A DNA stretch of 64,000 bases from Bacteroidales bacterium. Its GTDB lineage: Bacteria; Bacteroidota; Bacteroidia; Bacteroidales; F082. Position 1 is the stretch's first letter. Each line of letters opens with the position of its first letter. The stretch lies in NCBI GenBank assembly GCA_017427985.1, contig JAFRRS010000013.1:4565-68564 (forward strand), read 5' to 3'. The notes under the pieces were generated by a model that was not told the DNA's origin, did not search any database, and saw only the letters and a program-made list of their open reading frames with translations. The position numbers and the translations under genes are program-made. Below are positions 1-9,733 of the stretch, piece after piece.

Positions 1-300
1 TTTTCGGATTTTTCTTCAAAAACGACTTAAAAGCCTTCTCCGCCGTCTCATATTCGCCTGTAAGTATAAGACAATCAGCGTATTGGCTAAAATATTGAGC
101 CTGTCCGTATTTGTTGTAAAGAGCATAATAAATATCGCGTGCCTCCTCGTAGTTTTTCTTCATGTAATACTCACGCGCCAACGCCTCATCAAATCTCCTG
201 TTCTCGTCAACCGACTGAGCGTCAATGTTTTGCAAAAAAGAAAACATGAAAATGAAGGAAAATGCTATTGTCAGAAACAAAGGGAAACGCAGCGATTTCA
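1..300 (-). CDS. TPR-like secreted protein, 5' part only (gene runs off the window start); the signal-peptide segment is out of frame with the body
   Basis: A minus-strand frame is open from about 290 down to 1. It reads ..QNIDAQSVDENRRFDEALAREYYMKKNYEEARDIYYALYNKYGQAQYFSQYADCLILTGEYETAEKAFKSFLKKNPK, which is TPR-like. The ATG at 298-300 encodes a signal-like MKSLRFPLFLTIAFSFIFMF, but in another frame that stops after 46 codons. The two frames meet at the A6 run 234-239. Confidence 0.4.
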
Positions 301-305
301 TGGCG

Positions 306-779
306 TCACTCCTTCCTCAGTTGGTTCACGACTTCCTTCTGTGCGTCAAACTTTTCCTGAAAATATCTGATTTGAGCCTCCATCACGTCAAGCACCTTCT
401 CCTCTTCACGGGTGTATTGCCATGCTGTCTGCTCGTCGAGAATCTTGTTTTTGATGTCATCGTCCAAATCGGAGAGCTGTTTTCTTGAAAACTTCACGTT
501 ATCCTTTATCTCTTCACTCTGCGTTTCAAACTGTTGCAGATAAGCCTGCAGAAGCTGCATCTCTTCTCTAATGTCTCTGGTTCTTGCCACTGTAGTGTCG
601 AGTGCCTTATAAGCCTTCACAAGATAGTCAAAGTCCTGATTATAAAGCACTTCCACTTGACGCTCCACGACATCCACGCGTTTCTGCATCAACTTGATTT
701 GTCCTGACGGTGACTTGGAATTGCAAGCCACCATCAGAATCAAACCACTGATTGTCAATATTTTACTTAATAATTTCAA
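306..779 (-). CDS. small coiled-coil lipoprotein of unknown function
   Basis: 157-aa ORF with a lipoprotein-type signal MKLLSKILTISGLILMVAC. The rest is heptad-rich and helical. Its start overlaps the serS stop by 17 nt. Confidence 0.7.
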   Translation of the reverse strand: MKLLSKILTISGLILMVACNSKSPSGQIKLMQKRVDVVERQVEVLYNQDFDYLVKAYKALDTTVARTRDIREEMQLLQAYLQQFETQSEEIKDNVKFSRKQLSDLDDDIKNKILDEQTAWQYTREEEKVLDVMEAQIRYFQEKFDAQKEVVNQLRKE

Positions 780-2034
780 AGCCTGTGTATGGTTGAAGTG
801 CTTTTGGAATCAAAATACCGTCTTCTGTCTGGTTGTTTTCGAGCAACGCCGCCACGATTCTCGGGAGGGCGAGAGCGCTGCCGTTGAGGGTGTGTGCCAA
901 ACGGATATTGCCGTCTTTGTCTTTGAATCTCAGCTTCATACGGTTCGACTGGAACGTCTCGAAGCATGACACCGAGCTCACTTCGAGCCAGAGCTGCTGT
1001 GCTGCCGACCACACTTCGTAGTCGTAAGTCATTGCTGATGTCCAGCTCATGTCGCCGCCGCAGAGACGCAGCACATGGAACGGCAGTTCGAGTTTGCGAA
1101 GCAGTCCCGCCACGTGTTCCTTCATCGCCTCAAGGCGTTCGTAAGAGTTGTCAGGATGTGCAATCTCCACGATTTCCACCTTGTCGAACTGGTGCAGACG
1201 GTTCAATCCGCGCACGTTCTTTCCCCATGAGCCAGCCTCGCGGCGGAAGCAGTTGGAGTAGGCGACGCGTTTGATTGGGAGTTCGTTTTCCTGCACTATG
1301 ACATCGCGGAAGATGTTCGTCACCGGCACTTCGGCGGTAGGAATCATGTACATCTTATCGAGCGGCACCGCGTACATCTGAGCCTCTTTGTCCGGCAGCT
1401 GACCGGTGGCGTAGGCCGACGCCTCGTTGACGACGATAGGCGGCTGCACCTCGTAATATCCGTCTTTCACAGCCTCGTCGAGGAAGAAATTGATGAGGGC
1501 GCGTTGCAGACGTGCGCCTTTGCCTGTGTAGAACGGGAATCCGGCACCTGTCACCTTGTTGCCGAGTTCAAAGTCAGCAAGTTTGTATTTGTTGAGAAGC
1601 TCCCAGTGCGGAAGAGCGTTTTTCGGCAGCTCAGGCATCTTGCCTTCCTCGCTCACCACGAGGTTGTCGGCTGCTGTCTTGCCTCTCGGCACCATAGGAT
1701 GCGGAGTGTTAGGAATCTCTACCAACTTCTTCTGAATCAAGTCTTTAAGCTCTTCAAGACGGACACTTTTAACCTTGGTAAACTCCTTCAGTTCGGCAAC
1801 ACGCGCCTTCAACGGAGCAGCCTCAGCCGCCTTTCCCTGCTTGCATAAATCACCCACCTGACGCGCGATGGTGTTAGCCTCAGCCAAAGCCTCGTCGTTT
1901 TCCTGTTGTGTCTTACGGCGCTCATCGTCAAGAGCCAAAATCTCGTCAAGAAGCTCAAACCGCATGAAGTTCTTGATACTCAGACGGTTGATGCATTCTT
2001 CTTTATGTTCTCTAATATAAGGTATCGTTAACAT
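763..2034 (-). CDS. serS: seryl-tRNA synthetase
   Basis: 423 aa with an N-terminal coiled-coil arm. Class II motifs are present: NCFRREAGS (motif 2 region) and TLNGSALALPR (motif 3 region). Confidence 0.95.
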   Translation of the reverse strand: MLTIPYIREHKEECINRLSIKNFMRFELLDEILALDDERRKTQQENDEALAEANTIARQVGDLCKQGKAAEAAPLKARVAELKEFTKVKSVRLEELKDLIQKKLVEIPNTPHPMVPRGKTAADNLVVSEEGKMPELPKNALPHWELLNKYKLADFELGNKVTGAGFPFYTGKGARLQRALINFFLDEAVKDGYYEVQPPIVVNEASAYATGQLPDKEAQMYAVPLDKMYMIPTAEVPVTNIFRDVIVQENELPIKRVAYSNCFRREAGSWGKNVRGLNRLHQFDKVEIVEIAHPDNSYERLEAMKEHVAGLLRKLELPFHVLRLCGGDMSWTSAMTYDYEVWSAAQQLWLEVSSVSCFETFQSNRMKLRFKDKDGNIRLAHTLNGSALALPRIVAALLENNQTEDGILIPKALQPYTGFEIIK

Positions 2035-2074
2035 ATCTAAAAAATTTAACTCGCAAAAATAATAAAAATTTTTA

Positions 2075-2109
2075 AACTTCTAACTAAAAACTCCTAACTT
2101 CTAACTAAT
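2075..2109. repeat. heptanucleotide-periodic spacer AACTTCT AACTAAA AACTCCT AACTTCT AACTAAT
   Basis: Five consecutive 7-nt units were read directly. They fill the gap between the stop of the 610-aa gene (2105) and the serS leader. Confidence 0.8.
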
Positions 2110-3937
2110 TAAATCTCACGTCTCCCATGGTCATCAGCTTGTCGAGGTCCACCTTGTCGGGCTGCCAGGCGCGCACGTGAATCAGAGGCTGTGCACCGCG
2201 CAAATCGACAAGCAGGAAAAGATATCCCACATCGCCGTACGACGACGAGAAATATTCCTGTCTGACACGGATTCCGTAGACATCGTTGGTGTTGTTGGCT
2301 CTCGTGAACGCCGTCTCGGTGAATCTCAGCCTGATGTATTCGTTGTTGCCGAAGCACATCGCGAGGTTTTTCATGTAAGTGTCCTTGTCGTATTTAGTCA
2401 GCTCCGCCTCTTCCTTGGTGAGTTTCAGCGTCAGCCTGTCGGGAATCTCGGTCTTTTTCACCAATCGTCCCACGATAATCAGGGCGTCGTCGGAGTAGAT
2501 GCTTTCAAGGTAACGATGGCGTTTCAGCGCGTATGCCGTCTGGTAGTCCTCAAGGAAATTTATGAGGATAAGCCTCGACTCCTCGGGCCATTTCGTCTTC
2601 GAAACGATGTCGTATTCGGCTTGGTCGGAGAGCCTGAATGCCAGCGAGGTCACGACTTTGTTTATAGTGTCGAAGCGGAACACCACATCCTGCGAGAAAC
2701 CGACAGTGTTTTTGAAATCGAACTGCACCGTGATGCTGCGGCAGAGCACTTCGTCCTTGTATTTCAGCAACTTATACTCAGGTTTGCCTATCACCGTCAT
2801 CTTTCCGTAATGCGACAAGGTGTCGAGCATGTTGTAGCCTTCTGTTGAGAAGCAGTCGCGCACCCGTGTGATGTCGCCGCAACGTAAAGCGTTCTCTATC
2901 AACGACATCTTTTCAAGATAAACGTTCTCGGCGACGCTGCGGTTTTTCTCCACCTTGCGCCACGAAGGCGTCTCCTCCTCTTTTTTCACATTCATCGTCT
3001 TTTCAAGGTCGACGGTGTAGATATTATTCGAAAAACGCGGCACTTTGATGAGTTCTATGGCATTGGACACCGCGATGTTCATCTTCTTGGCGTCCTCCTT
3101 GAAGTCGTAGTTGACTTTTATTTTGAAGCTCTTGAGGTTTTTGTCGTGAAGCGTCACAATCAGCTTGCCGTCACGCACCGTGTTCGGCATGTATTTCCTG
3201 CCGTCGTGGCACTCGCAGCGCAGGTTCACCACGTCTTTCCCGACGGTGTTTTTCACCCTCAGTTTCACGATGATGTCTTCGCCCGAGCTCTCGATTCCAT
3301 TTTCTTTTGGAACGATGAAATTAAACGACTTCAAGATGCCGTCATTGCCGCTTATCTTATTTATAAGCCATTCATAATCAATATTTTGAACAAGAATATT
3401 ACCATCATTGTCCTTCACATCGAAACGGAGTTTTTTACCTTGAGGATGCGCGTAGCAAAGCATCAGGCTCCAGTAATACGACTTCAGCGCGTCTTCCAGG
3501 CAAGCCTCCTCCTCCATCTTGACAGCCTTGTTGATATAATTTCTAATATCATTTTTCCTGTCGTTGCACATCGACCTGAAATCCGAGCGTTTTACACATA
3601 TAAGGTATTGATACTGTTCGTCATCCTCGTCTTCGACGACAGCTTTTTGGCTCGATTTCTCCGCCAGTCTCTCCTTGAACGTCTTGACGATGTTTTCGAG
3701 TTGGTTGTCGCCGTTTCCTGGGAGATATATGGCATGCGAGTCGCAGTTTTTGGCGATATTTTCATAAAGACCGTCCATTGCCTTCTCCGTCGCTTCGTCG
3801 GAAGAGCTGCAAATATTGCTGATTCCATAAAACAGCGTGGTGTCATTCTTTATTGCCTCCACCTCCTTCTGCTTCATCTGCCCGAATGCGATGTTCGACA
3901 AAATGGTGATTATCAGTAACGTACAGAGTTTTTTCAT
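2105..3937 (-). CDS. secreted protein of unknown function
   Basis: 610-aa ORF with signal peptide MKKLCTLLIITILSNIAFGQ. I recognise no catalytic motif. A -7 box TATTTTTG (reverse complement of 3969-3976) lies upstream. Confidence 0.6.
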   Translation of the reverse strand: MKKLCTLLIITILSNIAFGQMKQKEVEAIKNDTTLFYGISNICSSSDEATEKAMDGLYENIAKNCDSHAIYLPGNGDNQLENIVKTFKERLAEKSSQKAVVEDEDDEQYQYLICVKRSDFRSMCNDRKNDIRNYINKAVKMEEEACLEDALKSYYWSLMLCYAHPQGKKLRFDVKDNDGNILVQNIDYEWLINKISGNDGILKSFNFIVPKENGIESSGEDIIVKLRVKNTVGKDVVNLRCECHDGRKYMPNTVRDGKLIVTLHDKNLKSFKIKVNYDFKEDAKKMNIAVSNAIELIKVPRFSNNIYTVDLEKTMNVKKEEETPSWRKVEKNRSVAENVYLEKMSLIENALRCGDITRVRDCFSTEGYNMLDTLSHYGKMTVIGKPEYKLLKYKDEVLCRSITVQFDFKNTVGFSQDVVFRFDTINKVVTSLAFRLSDQAEYDIVSKTKWPEESRLILINFLEDYQTAYALKRHRYLESIYSDDALIIVGRLVKKTEIPDRLTLKLTKEEAELTKYDKDTYMKNLAMCFGNNEYIRLRFTETAFTRANNTNDVYGIRVRQEYFSSSYGDVGYLFLLVDLRGAQPLIHVRAWQPDKVDLDKLMTMGDVRFN

Positions 3938-4020
3938 GATTGAATATTTTTCAATAACATTTAGAATGCAAAAATAAAAAATAGTTTAGAAAGTTGGTGA
4001 AGTTTTTGATGAAAAAGACT

Positions 4021-4575
4021 TCAGAATCCGTAATCGGCTTGTTCCTCGGCAGCGATTAGGAAGTCGTCCTCGTTCGGAAGGACGTATGTTTTTGGTGTCT
4101 TGGAGCAGGTTTTGAGGAAATAATCATGCAGTTGTATCTCGACTTTCTGCATTGTAGATTCGATTTTTGAAGGAGTGAGCCGGCATTCCCAGATGACAAT
4201 CACCTGCCAGCCGTTGTCCTGCAAAACCTGATAATTTTGTCTGTCCCGCTCCTGGTTTCTGCGTATTTTATTAATCCAAAACTCGCGGTTAGTATTCGGA
4301 ATCTTACAGCAATCCGAGTTCACAACTTCCAACTTCTCATTCCTAACTTCTAACTCGACATCGTGTCCGTGCCAGAAGCATCCGTTGACGAAAATCGCCG
4401 TGCGGTAGCGTCTCATCACGATATCAGGTTTTCCTGGAACTCCTTTAACATTAAGGCGATAGCGGTATCCGTGTTGCCACAGCCATTTGCGAACAAGCAA
4501 TTCCGGCTTCGTGTCGCGAGAATGGATGTGCGACATGCATAGGTGGCGTTGGGTGGGGGTCATTTTGTCGGTCAT
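4021..4575 (-). CDS. vsr: very-short-patch repair endonuclease (Vsr) carrying an extra ~16-aa segment
   Basis: Vsr hallmarks are present: SRDTKPEL, GKPDIV, NGCFWHGH ... PNTNREFW..KI..N..RD ... VIVIWECRL. Its start shares 1 nt with the stop of the upstream nuclease gene. Confidence 0.85.
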   Translation of the reverse strand: MTDKMTPTQRHLCMSHIHSRDTKPELLVRKWLWQHGYRYRLNVKGVPGKPDIVMRRYRTAIFVNGCFWHGHDVELEVRNEKLEVVNSDCCKIPNTNREFWINKIRRNQERDRQNYQVLQDNGWQVIVIWECRLTPSKIESTMQKVEIQLHDYFLKTCSKTPKTYVLPNEDDFLIAAEEQADYGF

Positions 4576-6794
4576 TATACAATGTATTTCATCAACTCGT
4601 CTCCTGTTTCGAAGATAGGTGTTCCATCTATGTAATCAGGTAATAATTTGGCGTCCGTAATTATGTCATGAAGACTAATTCTTGTCGAAAGCTGTACCTC
4701 TTCATCAAAGACGTAACATAAATAATTGCCTTGAGGATTTGGATATAATGCTTTTTTCATTCTTTCTTCATCCAATGTAGCATGATGATGAACATGAAAA
4801 ACGCGATATCCTTTGTTTTCAGCATTATATTCATAAAGGATTACGAATTTAACATCCAAACTTGCCAGATAAGTGGGTGATAAAGCACCGTCACGAACAT
4901 CGCTTCCGCGTTTCTTCAAGCGGACATTGTAAAGGTTGGTTCCTTTGTCGTTTTTGCCCATAATCCAATCCAGTTGTTCCTTCGAATGGTAGCAGCCAAT
5001 GAGGAAATGCTGGGTTGGATAGCGTTGAATATGGTGAGTGGTGAGCAGTGACACAGGTTGTATTGCTCTTTCAGGTTGAACAACGGTTGGCAAAACAGTT
5101 CGAGGGTCTTGTCCTAACGAACATTGTTTGCAATAAAAGCCTGTATCAACCAGATTTAGAATATACTCGTTCTCATCATTGTATTTTTTGTCTTTGTCGA
5201 GTGCGAGTGCAAAATACTGTTGTGTATCTGGAATATCATAAGGAGTGTAAACCTTTCCCAACAATTGTTGGAAATTATCTTTTATGAATTCCTCCGCATT
5301 GATTTCTTCACGTGGTGTCATGGCATAGAAATCATACTGCTCTTGGAGAACTTTTTTGATGTTTTCTCGAAATATCTTTCTGATTTCTTGTGTGCGCTCA
5401 CCGGCTCCCAGTACGTAACATGCAAGCACGAAAAGGAAATTGATATTATACGTCTGAAGGATTAGTGTGTCACGGTCAAAGAGTCGATTCTCAAAATGGT
5501 ACGAAATCCTGTGGCTCTTACCATCAATCATCTTCTCCAGTTGTAAATTGGCATTGCTGTAGTTGTTCAGTTGCTCGGCTTGCAGATGTCCGCGAATAAA
5601 GAAATTGGGCGTGATGTTGTAGCCTTCGGTCGTGTTGTCCCGGTATTGCAGGTTTGTCCGCTCAAACGCTTCTGGATCCTGATTAAAGAAATCGATATTG
5701 TATTGGATTACGTTCTTGGCGTACGTGAATTGTTTGTAAATGGAGTCCGGACCAATATCATTGTCATCCTTATAGTATTTGCTGTCACCGATGAAATAGA
5801 TTTGCTTTTTGTCTTCAATCAATGAATTGTCACGATAGATATGGTCGATGATCTTGCCGTCTTTATGTTTCTTAAGTCTATGATCCAGATTGTTGTCGCC
5901 GATGAGCGAGTCGATCATGTCCTCGAACACAAGGTTGAACTCACGAACAAGCATCGCCTGTTCATCCTGATTGTCTTTGCTTTGGACGTATTGGGATTGC
6001 TCGAAAAACGTAAAGAGCAAGTTCCAAAGCTGCACCATCTCATCCGTGAAATACTTACGTCGGTTCTGCCTGAGGACACGTACACCTTTGCCACTTTCTA
6101 TCATGGATTGGATATTTTCGGGTTTGAGCAGCTCATACCCAAAAGCAGGACGGACATTGAACTTGAATTCTTGTGCCAAATAGTTCAATACCGAGTAAAA
6201 TAGCACTATCAGTTCTTCATCAAAATTGATGTCTTTTTGTTTGGTGTGCGGATTGAGATACACTGGAACTCCGTTTTGAATCAGTGCCTTGGTCTTTGAG
6301 ATGGTTTTCTGCCAGTGTATCTTGTTTTGTCCGGAGTGCTTGAGACGGGTAATATAAGTAAATAGGCTCTTGTGTTCCTTGTCGAATTTCAAGAGTGAAA
6401 GGACAATGTCTATCATCGTTTCATTACTCGGACCTTGGTGGGAAACCACGTTTTGCATGATCTCCGCTTCGTCACTTGCCTTGTCCTTGCGTTGAAAATA
6501 GAGTTTAATGGCTCGATATATCCACACGGAAAGACTGAAGACGTTGGCCTTGTGCTCCTGTTTGAGATTGTCAAAATCGATTATCTCTTCCAGTTCATAT
6601 TCGCCGAAGGCTTTCCCGTAAATGATAAACACTTTCGGCAGAATAAACACCGTATCAGGGATTTTGCGCGAAAGGAAATAACCGACATAGGGTATCTTGG
6701 CTTTCCCATCGCGCATCTCCGTGAAATAGTGCGGGTCGAGTATGATGCTCAACCTGTCTTTATCATAGCCGTATTGCTCTATCAGTATCTTCAT
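4575..6794 (-). CDS. McrC-like / LlaJI R2-type restriction endonuclease subunit
   Basis: 739 aa, with a 4-nt ATGA overlap to the upstream McrB-like gene. It has a PD-(D/E)xK-type segment IYFIGDSKYYKD (D-x-K-Y as in McrC). The large size and gene order match LlaJI-type R2 proteins, as far as I remember them. Confidence 0.65.
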   Translation of the reverse strand: MKILIEQYGYDKDRLSIILDPHYFTEMRDGKAKIPYVGYFLSRKIPDTVFILPKVFIIYGKAFGEYELEEIIDFDNLKQEHKANVFSLSVWIYRAIKLYFQRKDKASDEAEIMQNVVSHQGPSNETMIDIVLSLLKFDKEHKSLFTYITRLKHSGQNKIHWQKTISKTKALIQNGVPVYLNPHTKQKDINFDEELIVLFYSVLNYLAQEFKFNVRPAFGYELLKPENIQSMIESGKGVRVLRQNRRKYFTDEMVQLWNLLFTFFEQSQYVQSKDNQDEQAMLVREFNLVFEDMIDSLIGDNNLDHRLKKHKDGKIIDHIYRDNSLIEDKKQIYFIGDSKYYKDDNDIGPDSIYKQFTYAKNVIQYNIDFFNQDPEAFERTNLQYRDNTTEGYNITPNFFIRGHLQAEQLNNYSNANLQLEKMIDGKSHRISYHFENRLFDRDTLILQTYNINFLFVLACYVLGAGERTQEIRKIFRENIKKVLQEQYDFYAMTPREEINAEEFIKDNFQQLLGKVYTPYDIPDTQQYFALALDKDKKYNDENEYILNLVDTGFYCKQCSLGQDPRTVLPTVVQPERAIQPVSLLTTHHIQRYPTQHFLIGCYHSKEQLDWIMGKNDKGTNLYNVRLKKRGSDVRDGALSPTYLASLDVKFVILYEYNAENKGYRVFHVHHHATLDEERMKKALYPNPQGNYLCYVFDEEVQLSTRISLHDIITDAKLLPDYIDGTPIFETGDELMKYIV

Positions 6795-8470
6795 TTAGAG
6801 GAAACGCCCAAGTAATCCATGAATTGTTGTAAGGTCTGCGTTGCTGCTTCTTCATACAAGTCTTTGAATATGAATTTGCTTGTCTGCTCTTTGTCGTCAA
6901 TGGTTGTTTTCTTGTAGAAGAAGTATTTGTTGTTCTCCGTTTCGTCACGCAGCACTTCATACCAAAGATAGAACATCACCTTGCTCTTGAATTCCTTTTC
7001 ATCCACAGAGTGCTTGATAAAGAAGTTTCCCAATTGTTTGTCCTCGCTCTGGGTGAGGTCAAAAATCCTCTTGTTGGCTTCTTTTATAAAGTCAACCCAG
7101 GGATAAGCCTTGTCTCCGATGGTTATTTCAAATGTGCCTGACTTGATATCAGTAGCATAGTTAATAGGGACATACTCCCATTCCCAACGGCGTTTAAACG
7201 CGCTGTCCATGGGAAACAGGCTTTGATCGGAGGTATTCATGGTGGCGAGAATATTCAGGTTAGCGGGCAAGCAGAGTTTTCCGTCTTTAATGCCTTCTGA
7301 ATCCTCTCCCAATTTGTCTATGAGATAGTTTGCCAAGTCTTTGTCTGCTTTGATTTTGTATTCAGAAACTCCACCTTTTCTGTCCAACAGTTGGAATAAG
7401 TCGCCGAAGATTTGTGCGCAGTTCCCGCGGTTGATTTCTTCAATGACGAGATAGGTTTGCTCTGTTGAATGGGTGTAAGCATAAATGTAGGCGTCTGTAA
7501 AGGCTTGCGGAACGAATTCATACACAATCTCCTCATCTTTGCCGGTCAAGGTCTTTTCCTCTTTGGACGTCGGTTTCATGGTAGGCTTGTAGCATCCCAC
7601 AAAAGAAGCATAATCCGTATCCGGATGGAAAGTTGTACGGAAAACATTGGGCAAATCTCTTTCTTCACCACTGTCTAATAGTTCCCCTGTTTGTTTCTTT
7701 ACTTCGTGGCTTTTGCCTGTGCCTGGGGCACCGAAGAAGATTTGCTGGAGAGGAGAATCTATCTTTGTTGTTTTCATGATAGATGGATTGTTAATAGTGT
7801 TAAATAGAGAATGAATATCGACATTAATTAATTGGCATACATCTTCATCAAACTCAACATAAGATGTGTCCGCTTGGTTAACATCATTAGTATAAATCGC
7901 ATCACAATAATCTGAAGTAAATAATGTATTCAGCGCACTTTTTATACCGTCCATATTCTCTTCAGGAATCTGTTTAAATCGAAGAAGCCAAACAATAAAA
8001 GCCAATCTTAACTCAGAAGAACCCAAATAAAAAGAAAAGCAATCATTTAGGTAATCACCCCGATATATTAACACTTGGTCTTGAATGTCCATGACAGGCT
8101 TCCACCCTGAACGTTTGGGGTATAAAAAAGTATTGTATGGGTTTGTTTTTGAATCTTTTACAGATGATTGGGAATAGAAATTGCTGCCACAATCAAAGTC
8201 TCTCCCATTTTGAGAAATACTCAAGAAAAAGTCTTTTGTGCAGTAGTCTTCATTAATTTTCACTATCTCTCCGACATGTGATGCAAATTCATCTCTATTG
8301 GCGGATAGTTTCAAATCGCAATTCTGGCTGTGATTTTTATAAAATAAGTCCAGAGCCGATGCGTATTTTAAGGCACTGACTTTTTGTGTAAGTCCTTGCT
8401 GTTTTTCAGAATCTATGCCAGAAAGCAACTTATAAGCATGTAATACTGTTGATTTTGCCAAATATGCCAT
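6791..8470 (-). CDS. McrB-family AAA+ GTPase (LlaJI R1-type) with an unassigned ~235-aa N-terminal domain
   Basis: Walker A FFGAPGTGKSH is present, along with EEINRGNCAQIFGDLFQLLDR. The McrB signature MNTSDQSLFPMDSAFKRRWEWEYV is also there. Confidence 0.8.
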   Translation of the reverse strand: MAYLAKSTVLHAYKLLSGIDSEKQQGLTQKVSALKYASALDLFYKNHSQNCDLKLSANRDEFASHVGEIVKINEDYCTKDFFLSISQNGRDFDCGSNFYSQSSVKDSKTNPYNTFLYPKRSGWKPVMDIQDQVLIYRGDYLNDCFSFYLGSSELRLAFIVWLLRFKQIPEENMDGIKSALNTLFTSDYCDAIYTNDVNQADTSYVEFDEDVCQLINVDIHSLFNTINNPSIMKTTKIDSPLQQIFFGAPGTGKSHEVKKQTGELLDSGEERDLPNVFRTTFHPDTDYASFVGCYKPTMKPTSKEEKTLTGKDEEIVYEFVPQAFTDAYIYAYTHSTEQTYLVIEEINRGNCAQIFGDLFQLLDRKGGVSEYKIKADKDLANYLIDKLGEDSEGIKDGKLCLPANLNILATMNTSDQSLFPMDSAFKRRWEWEYVPINYATDIKSGTFEITIGDKAYPWVDFIKEANKRIFDLTQSEDKQLGNFFIKHSVDEKEFKSKVMFYLWYEVLRDETENNKYFFYKKTTIDDKEQTSKFIFKDLYEEAATQTLQQFMDYLGVSSK

Positions 8471-8472
8471 AA

Positions 8473-9687
8473 CTATTTCTTTTTAACTTGTATATGATTC
8501 AATAAAGCCATTGCAACGACCCATGCCATAACGGGAGGAACGGCATTCCCTATTACTTTATATTGTGATTGTAGAGGTATTGCATTAAATCTAAAATTAT
8601 CTGGGAAAGATTGAATTCTTGCACATTCTCGTACCGAGTAACGCCTGTTTTCTACAGGATGTGTAATGCCACAATTTTCTGGCTGTGCAGAAGCTGTGAT
8701 GGTACCATTTATTTCACCAAAAGCAAAACGTCTGAAAAATTTCGGTGCATGATATTTCTTGGGATCATCCGCTATTTTCTTAAAACGAGGTGATAGTTTT
8801 TCGTATGGAATATCCTTCCACGAACGTCCTTCAAAAACAACAGAAGGTAATTCATTTTTGGAATACCCTTCATGAAACAATTCCATAGCCTTTTGTCCAT
8901 GTTTGCAGCCGCCAATTAATTCAACAGTATTTTGAGTAGTAACACTATATTCCCAGACGACATCGTCATTTTGTTCATGAACCCCCTGTAATATCCGACC
9001 CAAAAGAAGTTCTTCGTCTTTCCCTGTTAATGTTGACGGAACATTGTTCTTTTGAACCACTTTTAATAATAAATTGAAATCGAATGGCTTCAAATTCAAT
9101 TGCTTATCAATGCCAATTATGAGAACTCTGTATCTTTGTTGTGGAACGCCATAATCACTTGAGCAGACGAGTTTTATGCTTACATCGTAGCCCAACGCTT
9201 CCATTCTGTTTTGGATTTCCTGTGGGACTGTCCTTTCCCCGTCTGGCATTTTCGAAGAGAGAATACCTCTGACATTTTCAAACAAAAATGCCTTAGGGCG
9301 TTTATTTTCATCCGCCTTGGCTCGTATAATTCGTTCACATTCTTCAAACAAGGTTCCTCTCCCATTGGCATCATTAACGCCTTTTCTGCTTCCTGCATTA
9401 GAAAATGGTTGGCAAGGGAATCCTGCAAGCAAAATATCAAAATCTGGAATTTGTTTTGCATCCACATTTCGAATGTCTTCCAACAGACACTTTGCGCCAT
9501 CGTTCACTAATAAAGGATTTGCATTATAACACTTACACGCATCAATATCAAAGTCGTTTGCAAACACAATTTTTGTATTCAATCGTTTATAATCTTTCCC
9601 TAAAAAGGAAAAACCTCCTGCAAAGCCTAAATCAAGACCCCCGCAACCGGAAAAAAGGGATGCAATTTTATATTTTTTCTTGGACAT
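8473..9687 (-). CDS. DNA (cytosine-5)-methyltransferase (MTase 2)
   Basis: Motifs read: I LFSGCGGLDLGF, IV GFPCQPFS, VI FENVRGI, VIII QQRYRVLIIG, IX SVRECARIQSFPD, X IGNAVPP. Confidence 0.9.
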   Translation of the reverse strand: MSKKKYKIASLFSGCGGLDLGFAGGFSFLGKDYKRLNTKIVFANDFDIDACKCYNANPLLVNDGAKCLLEDIRNVDAKQIPDFDILLAGFPCQPFSNAGSRKGVNDANGRGTLFEECERIIRAKADENKRPKAFLFENVRGILSSKMPDGERTVPQEIQNRMEALGYDVSIKLVCSSDYGVPQQRYRVLIIGIDKQLNLKPFDFNLLLKVVQKNNVPSTLTGKDEELLLGRILQGVHEQNDDVVWEYSVTTQNTVELIGGCKHGQKAMELFHEGYSKNELPSVVFEGRSWKDIPYEKLSPRFKKIADDPKKYHAPKFFRRFAFGEINGTITASAQPENCGITHPVENRRYSVRECARIQSFPDNFRFNAIPLQSQYKVIGNAVPPVMAWVVAMALLNHIQVKKK

Positions 9688-9733
9688 AATTATTTGCCTT
9701 TTTTGCTAACTTTAAATTGTTGTATCACAACTT

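Noticed and set aside
83-488. Plus-strand ORFs 83-370 and 225-488
   Set aside because: They overlap better-supported minus-strand frames (the TPR-like body and the coiled-coil lipoprotein). They have no recognisable features.
2089-2104. A 15-nt identity (AGTTAGAAGTTAGGA on the minus strand) between the serS-upstream spacer and the Vsr insertion (4338-4356), as evidence for a mobile element
   Set aside because: A few 15-mer matches are expected by chance in a 64-kb window when both strands are compared. Only the shared heptamer periodicity is retained as an observation.
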